Shown: one piece after another, positions 27,710-38,395 of the stretch
Layout: each line of letters opens with the position of its first letter
Numbering within the stretch: the first letter of the stretch is position 1
From: Azolla caroliniana
Lineage: Eukaryota > Plantae > Polypodiophyta
Reading direction: 5' to 3'
Assembly (NCBI GenBank): GCA_043228905.1
Contig: JBHGNT010000004.1
Span: 11,098,001 to 11,162,000, forward strand
DNA: 64,000 bases
Notes under the pieces: model-generated
What the model saw: the letters and a program-made list of their open reading frames with translations, nothing else
Told to the model about the DNA's origin: nothing
Database searches by the model: none
Program-made: the position numbers and the translations under genes

Positions 27710-27823
27710 TGTTAGGAATAGTACTAAAACAGAGAGAGAATTAGTACTAGAGAAGGGAAGTACTATTAGTACTAAGAGGATGGGACTACATAAGACTCCC
27801 GAGAGAGGGAGAGAGATAGCGAG

Positions 27824-27870
<47 letters not shown>

Positions 27871-28162
27871 GATAACAGATGATATATTATATGAAGAGTA
27901 AGTACAAAATGGCTATGAGGCTTAAGACTGGCGTTGAACCAATTTGGTTCAATATAATGCCTTGTGCCTCCTTTGATAGTGTTCTCAGGAGGAGTCCTGA
28001 AGCTTCTAGAATGTTCTAGAGAAATCTGGAATATACATTAATTTCCTATAATAAAAATTAAATGAAAAAAATATCCTACGTATTACAATAGATGGTATAA
28101 TGGTCAAGAGCTCGACCCATATAACATAAGGTCATGGGTTCGAGTCTTGCTATATCATGACA
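27710..28162 (-). mobile_element. Solo LTR of the chromovirus family A, in E5 RT
   Basis: Homologous to 33177-33603; TG...CA; TSD AACGT/AACGC; splits E5 RT motif QLDVETAF|LHGDLEEEIYM. Confidence 0.93.
28093..28146 (+). promoter_or_regulatory. tRNA-derived Pol III A box/B box in solo LTR A
   Basis: A box TGGTATAATGG 28093-28103, B box GGTTCGAGTC 28137-28146, tRNA-like spacing (T8 to T54 = 46 nt). Confidence 0.7.
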
Positions 28163-28589
28163 AACGCCGTCTCCACGTCTAGTTGCTCTACCTCGAGGTC
28201 CATGCTTGCCACTATGCCCAATACCGTCCGGTGTTAATCCTAGGGCTGGACAATAGCCTAACACAAGGTGTCCACTTAAGACACTTCACCAAAGGGTGTT
28301 ACGGCAAGATGACTTACGGCACAACTCTTAATTAGACCTTAATCGATTACTTAGCAACACAACATTAACACGCATAAGATATAACAATGAGTACCGAACG
28401 GTAATCAATACTGAAAGATTAAGGCAATAAGTTCTATTAATTATTTGCTGTTAATTACATTGTAACCAGGTCTTTATATAGGTCTCCAATGCGAAGTACA
28501 AAAATGTGCCAACCGGCACCTTTTCGGGATCGGTCCGGATCCGGATCGGCATACCGATTCCGGTCCGTCCGTCCACATCTTCTCATATA

Positions 28590-28857
28590 TTAATATATAT
28601 TAAGACTACAAATTACAACAGTTCCTGAATAAACTATTCCTTTCACACTCTGGTTTGGACCTCCTTAAACCTTCTTGCCAACCGGGTAACACATGGCACG
28701 CCCGTGGGACAGTACCTTGTACGTTAATATATATTAAGACTACAAATTACAACAATTCCTGAATAAACTATTCCTTTCACACTCTGGTTTGGACCTCCTT
28801 AAGCCTTCTTGCCAACCGGGTAACACATGGCACGCCCGTGGGACAGTACCTTGTACG
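28590..28857. repeat. 134-bp tandem duplication of the E6 3' LTR inner boundary
   Basis: ttaatatatattaagac...gtaccttgtacgt at 28590 and 28724. Confidence 0.93.
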
Positions 28858-29023
28858 TCGAACCCATTATCCGGCCCTTTTACGCTTCGTCCAAAATGTC
28901 CAGAATGCTTTGCTCCAGAATTTCCAATGGCTCGTCGGGAATCTGTTGTTGTTGTTGTTGCTGCTATGGCTGCTGTTCCATTTGTGGCCGTGGCTGCTCC
29001 GTTTGGGGTTGTTGCTCCGTTTG

Positions 29024-30484
29024 TCACTCTGGCACCGGCGTTTCCTTCGTTGTCTCCTCCGTTGGAGTTGTTGCTGGCTGACTGATCCCGGCCTGGTCCC
29101 CATCTGGTCCTTGTACCGGCGACGATTCCTCATCACTAAGGTTGATCGTTGCCGCCTTCCTCGCTTTTTCTTCCCAAAGCCGAGACCGCTCATAGCTCTC
29201 AAACTGGATTTGAGCCTCTAGTCGATCGTCGTCCAGTTGAGCTATGAGCTGTCGGACCTGCACCAATTGTTCATCCGCCAGGGCTTTGAAATCTTTGGCC
29301 AGCTCATCCCTTATGGCGGTGAAGTCCTTCGATGTCAACGTATAACAGTCGTCACCCTCCTTCCGCCGGTTTTCTACATCCGCCCTGAGCAATTGGAGTT
29401 CCGCCGTATTCTGCGCCCATTTCGTCCACCATCGCACAGAGCTCTCATCAATCAAGCTTTTGGTCTTGGTGAGCCATGACCGGAGGATGCACTGGATCCG
29501 TTCGGCTCCCATCCGTGATTTGTTTTCTGCGGCTTGTCGCTCCTCTTTCAATTGCTTGATGATTCGGACCGTGTCCGCCTCCTGCTCCCTATAATGCGAC
29601 AATTGATTTTGATAGGTTGTTTGCAACCTCTGTAATACCATTGTCACTCTTTCCTTGTCTTCATGGTTCTATTTGTGGAGCTCCATCAGGTCATTCGCCG
29701 CTTCCTCCAATAGCATGGAACTCTCAGCTCGTTCATCGGCGAGTGCCGTTCTGGCCCTATCAACTTCTTGTCGGAGCTCGGCCATCTGTTCTTGTTGTTG
29801 CTTATACTCCGTCTCCAACTGCTTGTAGTCCCGGTGCAGATGATCAAAATCATCGGTCTTCTACTTCAGCCTCTAGTTGATCTGCCGGCACGCACGGTCC
29901 TCCCGGTCCTTCTGTTGACGGAGTTCTTCCTTCAGCCTCTCGATTTCCGTCTCCGCCATCCGTCACAGCTTGTCTTTTTCCTGCAGCAATTTCTCTTTTC
30001 CCTCCTTTAGCCGGTCGTACACATGACGTCCTTTACGTAGTTTTTCCTCTGCCCGATAGAGGTTCTCAGCAGTCTTTTTTAATTCTTCTTCGGCCGCCTT
30101 CTTCAAGTCGCGTTCGCGGCTCCGTAACGCTTCTTGTGCAGCCAGTTCATCTCTTAATTCCGCAAGCTCTTGGGCTTGCGCCGCATCTTTCTTCGGAACA
30201 GTTTCTGTCTCCGGGGTCTTATTCATATGTACATCAACCGGAGTCACCGGTGCTTGGACCTGTGTGGCGGTTAAGGCCATTTTGGCCATGTCCTCTATAC
30301 TCCGATCCAAGTCTTGTTTGAGGCACCGGATCCTTGACCGGGCCGTCTCCAGTTCATCGGTTGTGACGAGCAACCATTCCGTTTGCGCTCTTTCTTCCGC
30401 CTCTCTGCATCCGACTACTCCAACAATTTGTTCTCCTATCCACCAGAGCCATTGGCTGCCGGTGCACTGTTGTTGCGTCTGCAC
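29024..30484 (-). pseudogene. E6 extra-ORF C-terminal part, coiled-coil-like, fragmented
   Basis: ORFs 29963-30484 and 29024-29647 rich in E/K/L/Q/R heptad-like runs, sense to pol. Confidence 0.55.
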
Positions 30485-30517
30485 GGCCGGTTGGCTGATG
30501 GGTTCACTTGTCGATGG

Positions 30518-31954
30518 CTAGTCCCGCCTTACTACGTCGAGCTGCACTTCTGGTTCTGCCTGCTGACCACTTTGCCATTCCAGCTCTAGGTGTGTTTCGG
30601 CCAACCGCCCCTTGTCTGCTTGTTCTTGGCCGGCTGAGGAGGTTGGCCTTTGTATAACCAGCTCTTGAGTTATAGGGCTTGCCGGTGCTACCTGTTGTGC
30701 AGGGACTTCTGTGACCGGTTCCATCCGAACCGGTTCTGGTGCCTCCCTTGGCGTGGGATGCTTAGTATGAGTTGCGAGCGTTCCATCCTTCTGTGGGTCC
30801 GAACGCTTCCCGGCTGATTTAGCGGTGCTCTTCACCGGTCGCCGTTGGAGGTGCTCCGTGGGTTCTTCCTCCATTTCCTCCACCTGAGTCTTGGCATTCA
30901 TTCTTGCCACCAGGGTGTCCGTTTCTTGCTGCACCGGTTGGTGGAGTGGGCTCCTCAAGGGCTGTGCCAGTGTCTCCTCGTGTGTGTCCGTTGGCCGCTT
31001 CCGGCTGGCGCACTCCTTTGCCGCCTTCTCTGCGTCGGCCGTCTTCCCCTTAGTGGCCTTGGAGGCCAACAACTGTTGCCGTTTCAAAGCAGGTTTCAGA
31101 GTGTCGTCCGTTGCTCTTCCCCGCTTCTTGGTCTGGACGGGCTCGACCGATGGCGCCAATAGGGTGAGCCATTGCGTCACCGCATGCCATATTTTCCGGC
31201 CTTCCTTGCCGTCCTTTCCTCTTACGATATCAATAGCCGTACACAACCCGTCGGCGATCAGCACTGGCCAATCCACCTTGACCCCTTCGTACATCGCGAT
31301 AATCAAGCCTGCTCGGTTCTGAGGCATGACGGGGGGTTGAGGGTATACGTGGCCGAACTCATGGAGTACACAGGCAATTTCACAGAATAACATGTCTTCG
31401 CCGCCCTGTGTCCTGTAGCCTTTGCTGGCGAGAGAATACTCACCGAAATATTTGATGAGCTGCTCGGAGGTAGGATTGTCGATCATGTAGATACCCCCCT
31501 CTGGAAGGCCTGTTAACGCACGGATCGCCTTCTCCGTGATCACCTCTATGTCGATTTCTTTGATAATCTTTTTGGCCTCCTTGTGTGGCACCGCCTCCAT
31601 GATCGTCAAGAAACCCTCCAGTCCGTGTCTCCATAGCCATTTCTTGGCGGCTTCAGACAGTGTTTGGCAGTCCATGTCTGCGTTGAGGTCGGAGAGCGTT
31701 GGCGAGGTTTGATGGTGGGGAGAGTGTGAGAGAGAAAGTTCTGAGTGCGGGGGTTCTCTGTGCGCGAGCTCTCTGCAATTGATCTTTACGTGTCTGTCTG
31801 CGTCTGTTCTCCTTGGTTCGCAATAAGAGAAGGTCTCGATACGTGGGGGTTTTTTTCTCTGCATCTTGGCGCCTTTTTCGAGCCTCCGCATGTGCAGGTC
31901 GTGTACTATAATAGCATTGCGTGCCATATGGCGGTGGTTTAATGTCCTATTCAT
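30518..31954 (-). CDS. E6 extra ORF (478 aa), unknown function
   Basis: Long ORF after INT and a poly-A tract; globular N-half with ITEKAIRALTGLPEGG, then a low-complexity charged C-half. Confidence 0.6.
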   Translation of the reverse strand: MNRTLNHRHMARNAIIVHDLHMRRLEKGAKMQRKKPPRIETFSYCEPRRTDADRHVKINCRELAHREPPHSELSLSHSPHHQTSPTLSDLNADMDCQTLSEAAKKWLWRHGLEGFLTIMEAVPHKEAKKIIKEIDIEVITEKAIRALTGLPEGGIYMIDNPTSEQLIKYFGEYSLASKGYRTQGGEDMLFCEIACVLHEFGHVYPQPPVMPQNRAGLIIAMYEGVKVDWPVLIADGLCTAIDIVRGKDGKEGRKIWHAVTQWLTLLAPSVEPVQTKKRGRATDDTLKPALKRQQLLASKATKGKTADAEKAAKECASRKRPTDTHEETLAQPLRSPLHQPVQQETDTLVARMNAKTQVEEMEEEPTEHLQRRPVKSTAKSAGKRSDPQKDGTLATHTKHPTPREAPEPVRMEPVTEVPAQQVAPASPITQELVIQRPTSSAGQEQADKGRLAETHLELEWQSGQQAEPEVQLDVVRRD

Positions 31955-33533
31955 AGCCCCTCGTACCTTTTCGACGTGCCTCTTTACTCCTCGTTTGCAT
32001 GGCCGTTTCCACCACTCCTTTCCATGATTCGCTTGTTCTTTTCTTTTCTTTTCTAGTTTTTTTTTTTTTTTTGTAAAATTAATTGTGTGGTTAATTTTTC
32101 TCCGATCCTGTCGGACCCTTACCCGAAACGCGCACCTTGTTGACCTCTTGACGGTTTGCCGTCATTATGCTTTCCCCAGTTGCCGGCTTGTGCTCCTCCT
32201 TACCGGCTTGGTGGTAGCCGTTTTCCTTACGGGTTGCCGTCGTGGTTGGCCTGCCGGCGTCTACTTCGGTGGCAGCCCTTCGCTCAAATGGGTTCTTGGG
32301 CATAGGTCCTTTGTATGGTTTTAGTCTAAATCCGTTGACCCATTTACCCAGCACCTCGCCGGCAAGTGTCCCTAACTAGTAAGACCCATTGAACCCGCGT
32401 GTGATCCAGTACGGTCCGGTCCATCTAAACCGTAGTTTGCCTGGCATTTTACCCATCCGGGTCTGGAACACTTGTACCGGCTTGCCGATTCTGAACATCT
32501 TTTCGTTTCCCTTCCGGTATCGATCTACAAACGCTTTCCGTCATTGTTGTTCCAATTCCAGGTGCATGATGCTCGCCAGTCGGTGTTCTTCTAGTTCACA
32601 TAGAGCCTTTAACCGAATTGCCTCCGATTCCTTTGCATTGAGTCGTTCCCGAATCTGAATCCGTAAGCTCGGTACCTGGAATTCGACCGGCATGACTGCC
32701 TCTAATCCGAATGCTAACCGGAACGGAGTTGTTCGGATGCTTGTTTTGTACGTTGTCCGGTAAGCCCAAAGCGCACTGTGCAGCTTCGTGTCCCAATCTG
32801 TCTGATTTTCATTGATGATCTTGCGTAGGATATTCTGTAGCGTTTTGTTTGTTGACTCAGCTAATCCGTCGGCTTGTGGGTAGTACGGGGTGCTCCGTTT
32901 ATGTACTACCGCATAGAATGACGTCAAACTCTCCACTACTTGTCCAAGAAAGTGCCCTGCTTGGTCGCTTATCAGCTCTATGGGGCATTCGTACTGGCAC
33001 CAATTGCATTCGTATAAGAATTTGGCCGTCGATGCCGCGGTGTTGTCTCGGAGGGCTTTGGCTTCCACCCATTTAGTGTAGTAGTCCGTCGCGACGATCA
33101 CATACCGGTTGCCAGTTCTCATTTCCAGTGGTTTAAATGGTCCGACAAAATCCAGTCCCCATTTCTAAAATGGTTCTGTCAGGAATAGTACTAAAGCAGA
33201 GATGGAATTAGTACTAAGAAGAGTAGTACTATTAGTACTAAGAAGACAGGACTGCGTAAGATTCCCGAGAGAGAGGAAGTGAGAAGAGGAGAGAGAGAGA
33301 AATAGAATGATGACAGCAGCTCTTATATTATATGAAAGATAAGTACAAATCGGCTAAGAGGCTTAAGACTGGTGTTGAACCAATTTGGTTCAACATAATG
33401 CTTAGTGCCTTCTTTTATAGTGTTCTCAGGAATAATCCTGAAGCTTCTAGAATGTTCCAGAGAAATCTGGAATATACATTACTTTCTTATAATAAAACAT
33501 AAATGAAAATAATATTCTATGAATTACAATAGA

Positions 33534-33598
33534 TGGTGAGATGGTTAAGAGCTCGACCCATATACCATAAGGTCATGGGTTCGAGTCTTGCCATCTCA
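33534..33598 (+). promoter_or_regulatory. tRNA-derived A/B-box hairpin module at U3 tip of the 3' LTR
   Basis: A box TGGTGAGATGG 33534-33544; B box GGTTCGAGTC 33578-33587; long hairpin 33537-33598. Confidence 0.7.
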
Positions 33599-33614
33599 TG
33601 ACACTATCTCCCCC

Positions 33615-36600
33615 TTAAAGACGACGAGTGGAACGAGTCAGCGCTACTTGCGGACCGGGTTTGTCCGGATACTTTTGGTGGAAATCAGCAAGAAGATCTT
33701 GTGCATTGGCAACATTCTCGACGGGTTCCCAAGTACGTTCGCTCGGACTATAACCGAGCCAATCGACCAAGTAATAGAGTTTGTTGCGAACAAGTTTGGA
33801 ATCGAGGATGGCAGCAACTTCATACTCCGGGCCGGCGTCCAACTCCAGTGGGGGCGGCGGTGGTGTCACACGATCGGGAATGGTGTTTGCTTTATAAGGT
33901 TCAAGAAGAGAACAATGGAAAACCGGATGTATCTGAAGCTGCGGAGGGAGATCAAGGCGGAAGGTGACATCATTAATCTTCCCCGTAATACGGAAAGGAC
34001 CGAGTCGTCGATAATCCAACTTGTCGCACGGTCGAGTAGTCTTGATGTGACGACGTAAGAGCCATACTCGATCTCCGATGGCAAAAGAGGAGGGAATCCG
34101 ATGACGATCCGCATAAGTCTTCTGTGTGTGTTGAGCATGACGAAGGTGAGTAGAGAGATCCATCTGGATCTTGCGTAGCCTCTCCAAATGATCCTCGGCA
34201 CGAGGGTTGGTAGGTAGCTCCGGAGCGTCGATCACCGACCAGCGAGGATGGAAACCGGTATAAGCGAAAAATGGGGAGACCCGAGTCGAGGAGTGAATAG
34301 CATTATTATACGCAAACTCCGCAAAGTGGAGAATCTCGGCCCAATCGTCCTGTTGATAACTCAGGAAACACCGGAGATATTGCTCCAGCGTTTGGTTTGT
34401 TCGTTCCGCCTGTCCGTCGGTCTGAGGATGGTAGCCGGAGGAGAGGTTGCAGGAGACCTTGAGCATCTTGAAGAGATGCTGCCAAAATTTGGAGACAAAT
34501 TGCGGGCCTCGGTCACTGATAATACTGTCTGGGAGGCCATGATGCCGAAAAACCTCACGCATAACAAGAGCGGCGGTTTCCTCGCTAGTGATGGCTTTAG
34601 TACATGGCACAAAATGTGCCATCTTCGTATATCGATCGACGACGGTTAGGATAGCATCGAACCCTTTCGAGACCGGCAAATCTGTGATAAAATCAAGACA
34701 AATAGACTGCCATGGCTTACTTGGAATTGGTAAAGGTTCCAACAAGCCATATGGATGGTGTCGTGGCATCTTTGCTCGGCAGCAAGCATCACAGGTCCGA
34801 ACGTAGTCGTCGACAAAACGGCGCATGTGGGGCCACCAAAAAGATCGCTGCACTAGCTCCAACGTCTTAGTACTACCGAAATGTCCCGCCGTATGGGTGT
34901 CGTGACAATGTTGGACAATTTGAAGGCGACAGGAGCAATCGGGGACATATACGCGCTTTTTAAAGAATAACAAACCATCATGATATTCGAATTGTCGGTA
35001 GTCAATACCTGGTTGTTGAGACTGAGAACAGGATGCCCGAGAAGTATCAATGTGCGCCAGGATGTCTTGAGCAAAACTATCCGTCTTCAAGGTTGCACGT
35101 ATGTCATCGGTAATCCGTGAATCCATCGGGGTGTGAAAAATCCGCGTCGTGTGCAATCGTGTTGGTCCCAAGATTACTTGCTTTTGATTATCAAATGTTG
35201 CTTCACCAGGACGAGGTGCAAGATATGAACGTCGTGATAGTGCATCTGCTTTTCCTTGCTGCTTCCCCGGTCGATATGTGATTTTGAAGTCGAAACGCGT
35301 GAGGAATTGCGCCCACCGAGCTTGCCGTCGATTTAGTACGCGAGCGTTCTGAAAATAAGCAAGATTTTTATGATCGCTGAAGACAATGACCTGATGTGGA
35401 GAGCCCTCTAAGAAATGCCGCCATTGTACAAATGAATCCACGATGGCTAATAACTCCTTGTCATGTATTTCGTAGTTGATTTCTGCGACATCGAATTTGC
35501 GCGAATGGAAAGCCACCGGATGCAACTCTTCTTTATCACCTTGTTGAGAAAGGATGCTACCGAGGGCGAAATCTGATGCGTCGGCCTCCATGATGAATGG
35601 TTTGCTTGTATCCACATGAGCTAGAATCGGTGCTGATGTAAAGGCTTTCTTAAGATGCCGAAAAGCCATATCTGCTTCAATGGACCAAAGAAATGCTTGG
35701 CCCTTCTTCGTAAGTTGTGTGAGAGGTAAAATAATCTTCGAGTAATCCTGTATAAACTTACGGTAGAAGTTAGCAAAACCTAGAAAACATTGTACATCTC
35801 GTACCGACCGTGGAATTTGCCACTCTAGTACAGTTTGGATCTTAGCTGGGTCCATGGCGATGCCCTTTGAGGAGATGACGTAGCCTAGAAATTCCACTTG
35901 CTTGCAGTCGAAGCTACATTTTTCTAGCTTGGCATAAAGACCATTCTCGCGGAGTCGCTTTAGTACTAATAGTACATGAGAGTCGTGCTCTTCCTGGGTC
36001 TTCGAATAAATCAACAGATCATCCAGATAAATGATCAAACAGATATCCAAGAGGTCTCTGAATATATCATTTGCCATGTGTTGGAAGACTGCGGGTGCAT
36101 TGGTTAGGCCAAACGGCATAACAGTATACTCAAAATGCCCATACCGCGTGCGAAAAGCGGTCTTCCACTCATCTCCCGGTCGGATTCGCACGAGATTATA
36201 CGCTCCGCGTAGGTCGATTTTAGTAAAAAACTTGGCACCATTAACTCGCTCTAAAAGACTTGATATAAGAGGAAGTGCATACCTATTCCGGATGGTGACT
36301 TTATTTAATCCGCGGTAATCAACGACAAGACGAAGTGAGCCATCTTTCTTCTTGACAAAGAAGATGGGTGCACCGGCCGGAGATTTCGAATGACGGATGA
36401 ACCCGCTTGCCAAGTTCTCCTCTATGTAGGCTCGAAGGACTTCTAACTCGGTGGGTGACAGGTTGTAAATTGGTCCCCATGGTGGCTCGGTTCCTGGTTG
36501 TAAATCGATGGGACAGTCATAGGGACGGTGATGAGGAAGGGTACCGGCTTTTACCTTGTCAAATACATCGGCATAAGGATGATATTTTGCCGGAAGTTGT

Positions 36601-37187
36601 ACTGAGGAGTCCTTCTTAATAGTGCTGGAAGGATGTACTGATATGGAAAATAGGAACATTGCCTCCTTTGGTCCTTCTTCGCGTAGTTGATGGAGTGAAA
36701 TGGTCGAAACTCGGCGAGTTGATTCTTGGGGTGGTCGATATCGGACTTCTCTTGTTCTCCAATCTATGGCTGGATTATGTAACTCAAGCCAAGGTAATCC
36801 TAGGACAATGGGATGCTCTGGACTACTAATTATATTAAATGATATTATACACACAAAACTACCTAGGACAACTTGAATGGGTTCTGATTCTTCTACAATA
36901 TTCCCGGAAGCAATGGGACGACCATCAATGACCACTACAGATGCGGGACAAGGAAGTTTTCTTAAGGATATCTGAGAAGCTTGGGCAAAATTTCGATCCA
37001 TGAAACAAGAATTAGCTCCGGAATCTAAAAGTGCTAGAACGGGTACTGGGGGAGTACTTTTAGTACTAACAATGACTTGGGCTAGGAACACATTGCTAAC
37101 TTGCTTGGAAGGAATGGAACCACTAATGGGCTGTACAGATCTAGGGCTGCTGTCCAACCAAATGGCTCCTATTTTGGCTGGACTCAA
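33615..37187 (-). CDS. pol: Chromovirus Pol (PR-RT-RH-INT-chromodomain), probably expressed by -1 frameshift
   Basis: 1190-aa open frame: LLDSGA, YLDD, DASDFA, HHCC, DFIT/SDRG/ERTN, GPF, chromodomain YEVAAILDS...YLVDWLGY...TWEP. Confidence 0.97.
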   Translation of the reverse strand: MSPAKIGAIWLDSSPRSVQPISGSIPSKQVSNVFLAQVIVSTKSTPPVPVLALLDSGANSCFMDRNFAQASQISLRKLPCPASVVVIDGRPIASGNIVEESEPIQVVLGSFVCIISFNIISSPEHPIVLGLPWLELHNPAIDWRTREVRYRPPQESTRRVSTISLHQLREEGPKEAMFLFSISVHPSSTIKKDSSVQLPAKYHPYADVFDKVKAGTLPHHRPYDCPIDLQPGTEPPWGPIYNLSPTELEVLRAYIEENLASGFIRHSKSPAGAPIFFVKKKDGSLRLVVDYRGLNKVTIRNRYALPLISSLLERVNGAKFFTKIDLRGAYNLVRIRPGDEWKTAFRTRYGHFEYTVMPFGLTNAPAVFQHMANDIFRDLLDICLIIYLDDLLIYSKTQEEHDSHVLLVLKRLRENGLYAKLEKCSFDCKQVEFLGYVISSKGIAMDPAKIQTVLEWQIPRSVRDVQCFLGFANFYRKFIQDYSKIILPLTQLTKKGQAFLWSIEADMAFRHLKKAFTSAPILAHVDTSKPFIMEADASDFALGSILSQQGDKEELHPVAFHSRKFDVAEINYEIHDKELLAIVDSFVQWRHFLEGSPHQVIVFSDHKNLAYFQNARVLNRRQARWAQFLTRFDFKITYRPGKQQGKADALSRRSYLAPRPGEATFDNQKQVILGPTRLHTTRIFHTPMDSRITDDIRATLKTDSFAQDILAHIDTSRASCSQSQQPGIDYRQFEYHDGLLFFKKRVYVPDCSCRLQIVQHCHDTHTAGHFGSTKTLELVQRSFWWPHMRRFVDDYVRTCDACCRAKMPRHHPYGLLEPLPIPSKPWQSICLDFITDLPVSKGFDAILTVVDRYTKMAHFVPCTKAITSEETAALVMREVFRHHGLPDSIISDRGPQFVSKFWQHLFKMLKVSCNLSSGYHPQTDGQAERTNQTLEQYLRCFLSYQQDDWAEILHFAEFAYNNAIHSSTRVSPFFAYTGFHPRWSVIDAPELPTNPRAEDHLERLRKIQMDLSTHLRHAQHTQKTYADRHRIPSSFAIGDRVWLLRRHIKTTRPCDKLDYRRLGPFRITGKINDVTFRLDLPPQLQIHPVFHCSLLEPYKANTIPDRVTPPPPPLELDAGPEYEVAAILDSKLVRNKLYYLVDWLGYSPSERTWEPVENVANAQDLLADFHQKYPDKPGPQVALTRSTRRL

Positions 37188-37196
37188 TCGTTTAAC
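37152..37196 (-). promoter_or_regulatory. Predicted -1 ribosomal frameshift signal
   Basis: G_TTA_AAC (37190-37196) in gag frame, 6-nt spacer, 11-bp stem GTCCAGCCAAA/TTTGGTTGGAC; a -1 slip enters the pol frame. Confidence 0.8.
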
Positions 37197-38341
37197 TCTT
37201 CATCTAATTGACTAAGAATTTCAAATTTATTTGAGATACTTGGGCTATTAGTACTATGAATACTATCTGACACTCTATTAGTACTATTAATACTATCAGA
37301 CACTCCAAAGGGAAGAATTGACTCGGGTTTAGTACAGGCGACGATTTGATTTACCTGTCTTCTTGGCCTATGGGGACAATTGATGGCGATATGTCCTGGT
37401 CCACCGCAATAAAGACATAATCGATTGGCACGTCGTCGTTGTTTTTCTTCTTCCGATAACGGGCCGCGTCGACGCATGGTATCAATCTCCATCGGTGTCG
37501 AAGTATTTGCTTGAGGTGTGTCTCGTGCAAACGGTTTAGCCGCGACTGCGGCGTAGGTGGGCTCTGGCCTAGAGCGTGGTATCTGTAATTGACGTTCTGA
37601 ACGCCGTTCAAAAAGGCGGTTGTCACATCGAACTGCTCGACTGATTGCCTCCGTAAGAGACTTTGGTTCTTCGGGGAAAGTTAGAAGTAGATCTTTGACA
37701 TCGTTTCGCAAGCCATAGCGAAACTGCTCCATTAGTGCTTGATCATCCCAGGGTATATCTGAAGCAAGTAGGCGGAAATCCGCCGCGTAGGCAGAGGCTG
37801 GACGATCGCCTTGACGCAATCGCCGGATCTTGTTGATCGCCGTCCTGATGCTGTCGGTGTCTCCAAAGCAGGCTGTAAACTCACCAATAAAATCTTCAAA
37901 GTTATTAAGTAAGGGTGATTGTTTTTCTAGAAGCGGAGCAAACCATGCCAAGGCTGAGCCGCTAAGTAGCGTGCCTATTAGGCCGACTCGAGATGCATCA
38001 GTGGGATATCGGGAAGGATGCATCTGGATGACTAAGCGTACCTGATTAAGGAATCCCCGGAATTGCGAACGCGTTCCATCAAATTTCACAGGAAGTCCAA
38101 TCTTGGGCTCTTTATGAAATCCTTGGGGACTGGATCCTTGTTGTTGCAACGCTGCTTCGAGTTGTTGTACCCGTAACGCTAACTCCCCATGTTGTTGTTG
38201 CGTTTGTTGTTTTTCTAGAGCGATTTGTTGCAGATCCCCTATCAGCCGTTGGTTTTCTTGTTCCAGGGCAACAAACTTTTCTTTTAGGCACTGTAGCTCG
38301 GAGAAAACGGATTGGTATTCTTGGGCGCTAACAGTAGCCAT
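37184..38341 (-). CDS. gag: Chromovirus Gag
   Basis: 385 aa: N-terminal coiled coil, PVKFDGTR, LRQG capsid region, PMEID, CLYCGGPGHIAINC knuckle. Confidence 0.96.
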   Translation of the reverse strand: MATVSAQEYQSVFSELQCLKEKFVALEQENQRLIGDLQQIALEKQQTQQQHGELALRVQQLEAALQQQGSSPQGFHKEPKIGLPVKFDGTRSQFRGFLNQVRLVIQMHPSRYPTDASRVGLIGTLLSGSALAWFAPLLEKQSPLLNNFEDFIGEFTACFGDTDSIRTAINKIRRLRQGDRPASAYAADFRLLASDIPWDDQALMEQFRYGLRNDVKDLLLTFPEEPKSLTEAISRAVRCDNRLFERRSERQLQIPRSRPEPTYAAVAAKPFARDTPQANTSTPMEIDTMRRRGPLSEEEKQRRRANRLCLYCGGPGHIAINCPHRPRRQVNQIVACTKPESILPFGVSDSINSTNRVSDSIHSTNSPSISNKFEILSQLDEELND

Positions 38342-38395
38342 AGTATAGGGAAAAGGGTAGGAGGATGAGGGAGAGTGACAAGTAGGCTAGAGAGA

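Noticed and set aside
33527-33600. Functional tRNA gene
   Set aside because: D, anticodon and T stems do not pair as a cloverleaf; only the boxes and spacing remain.
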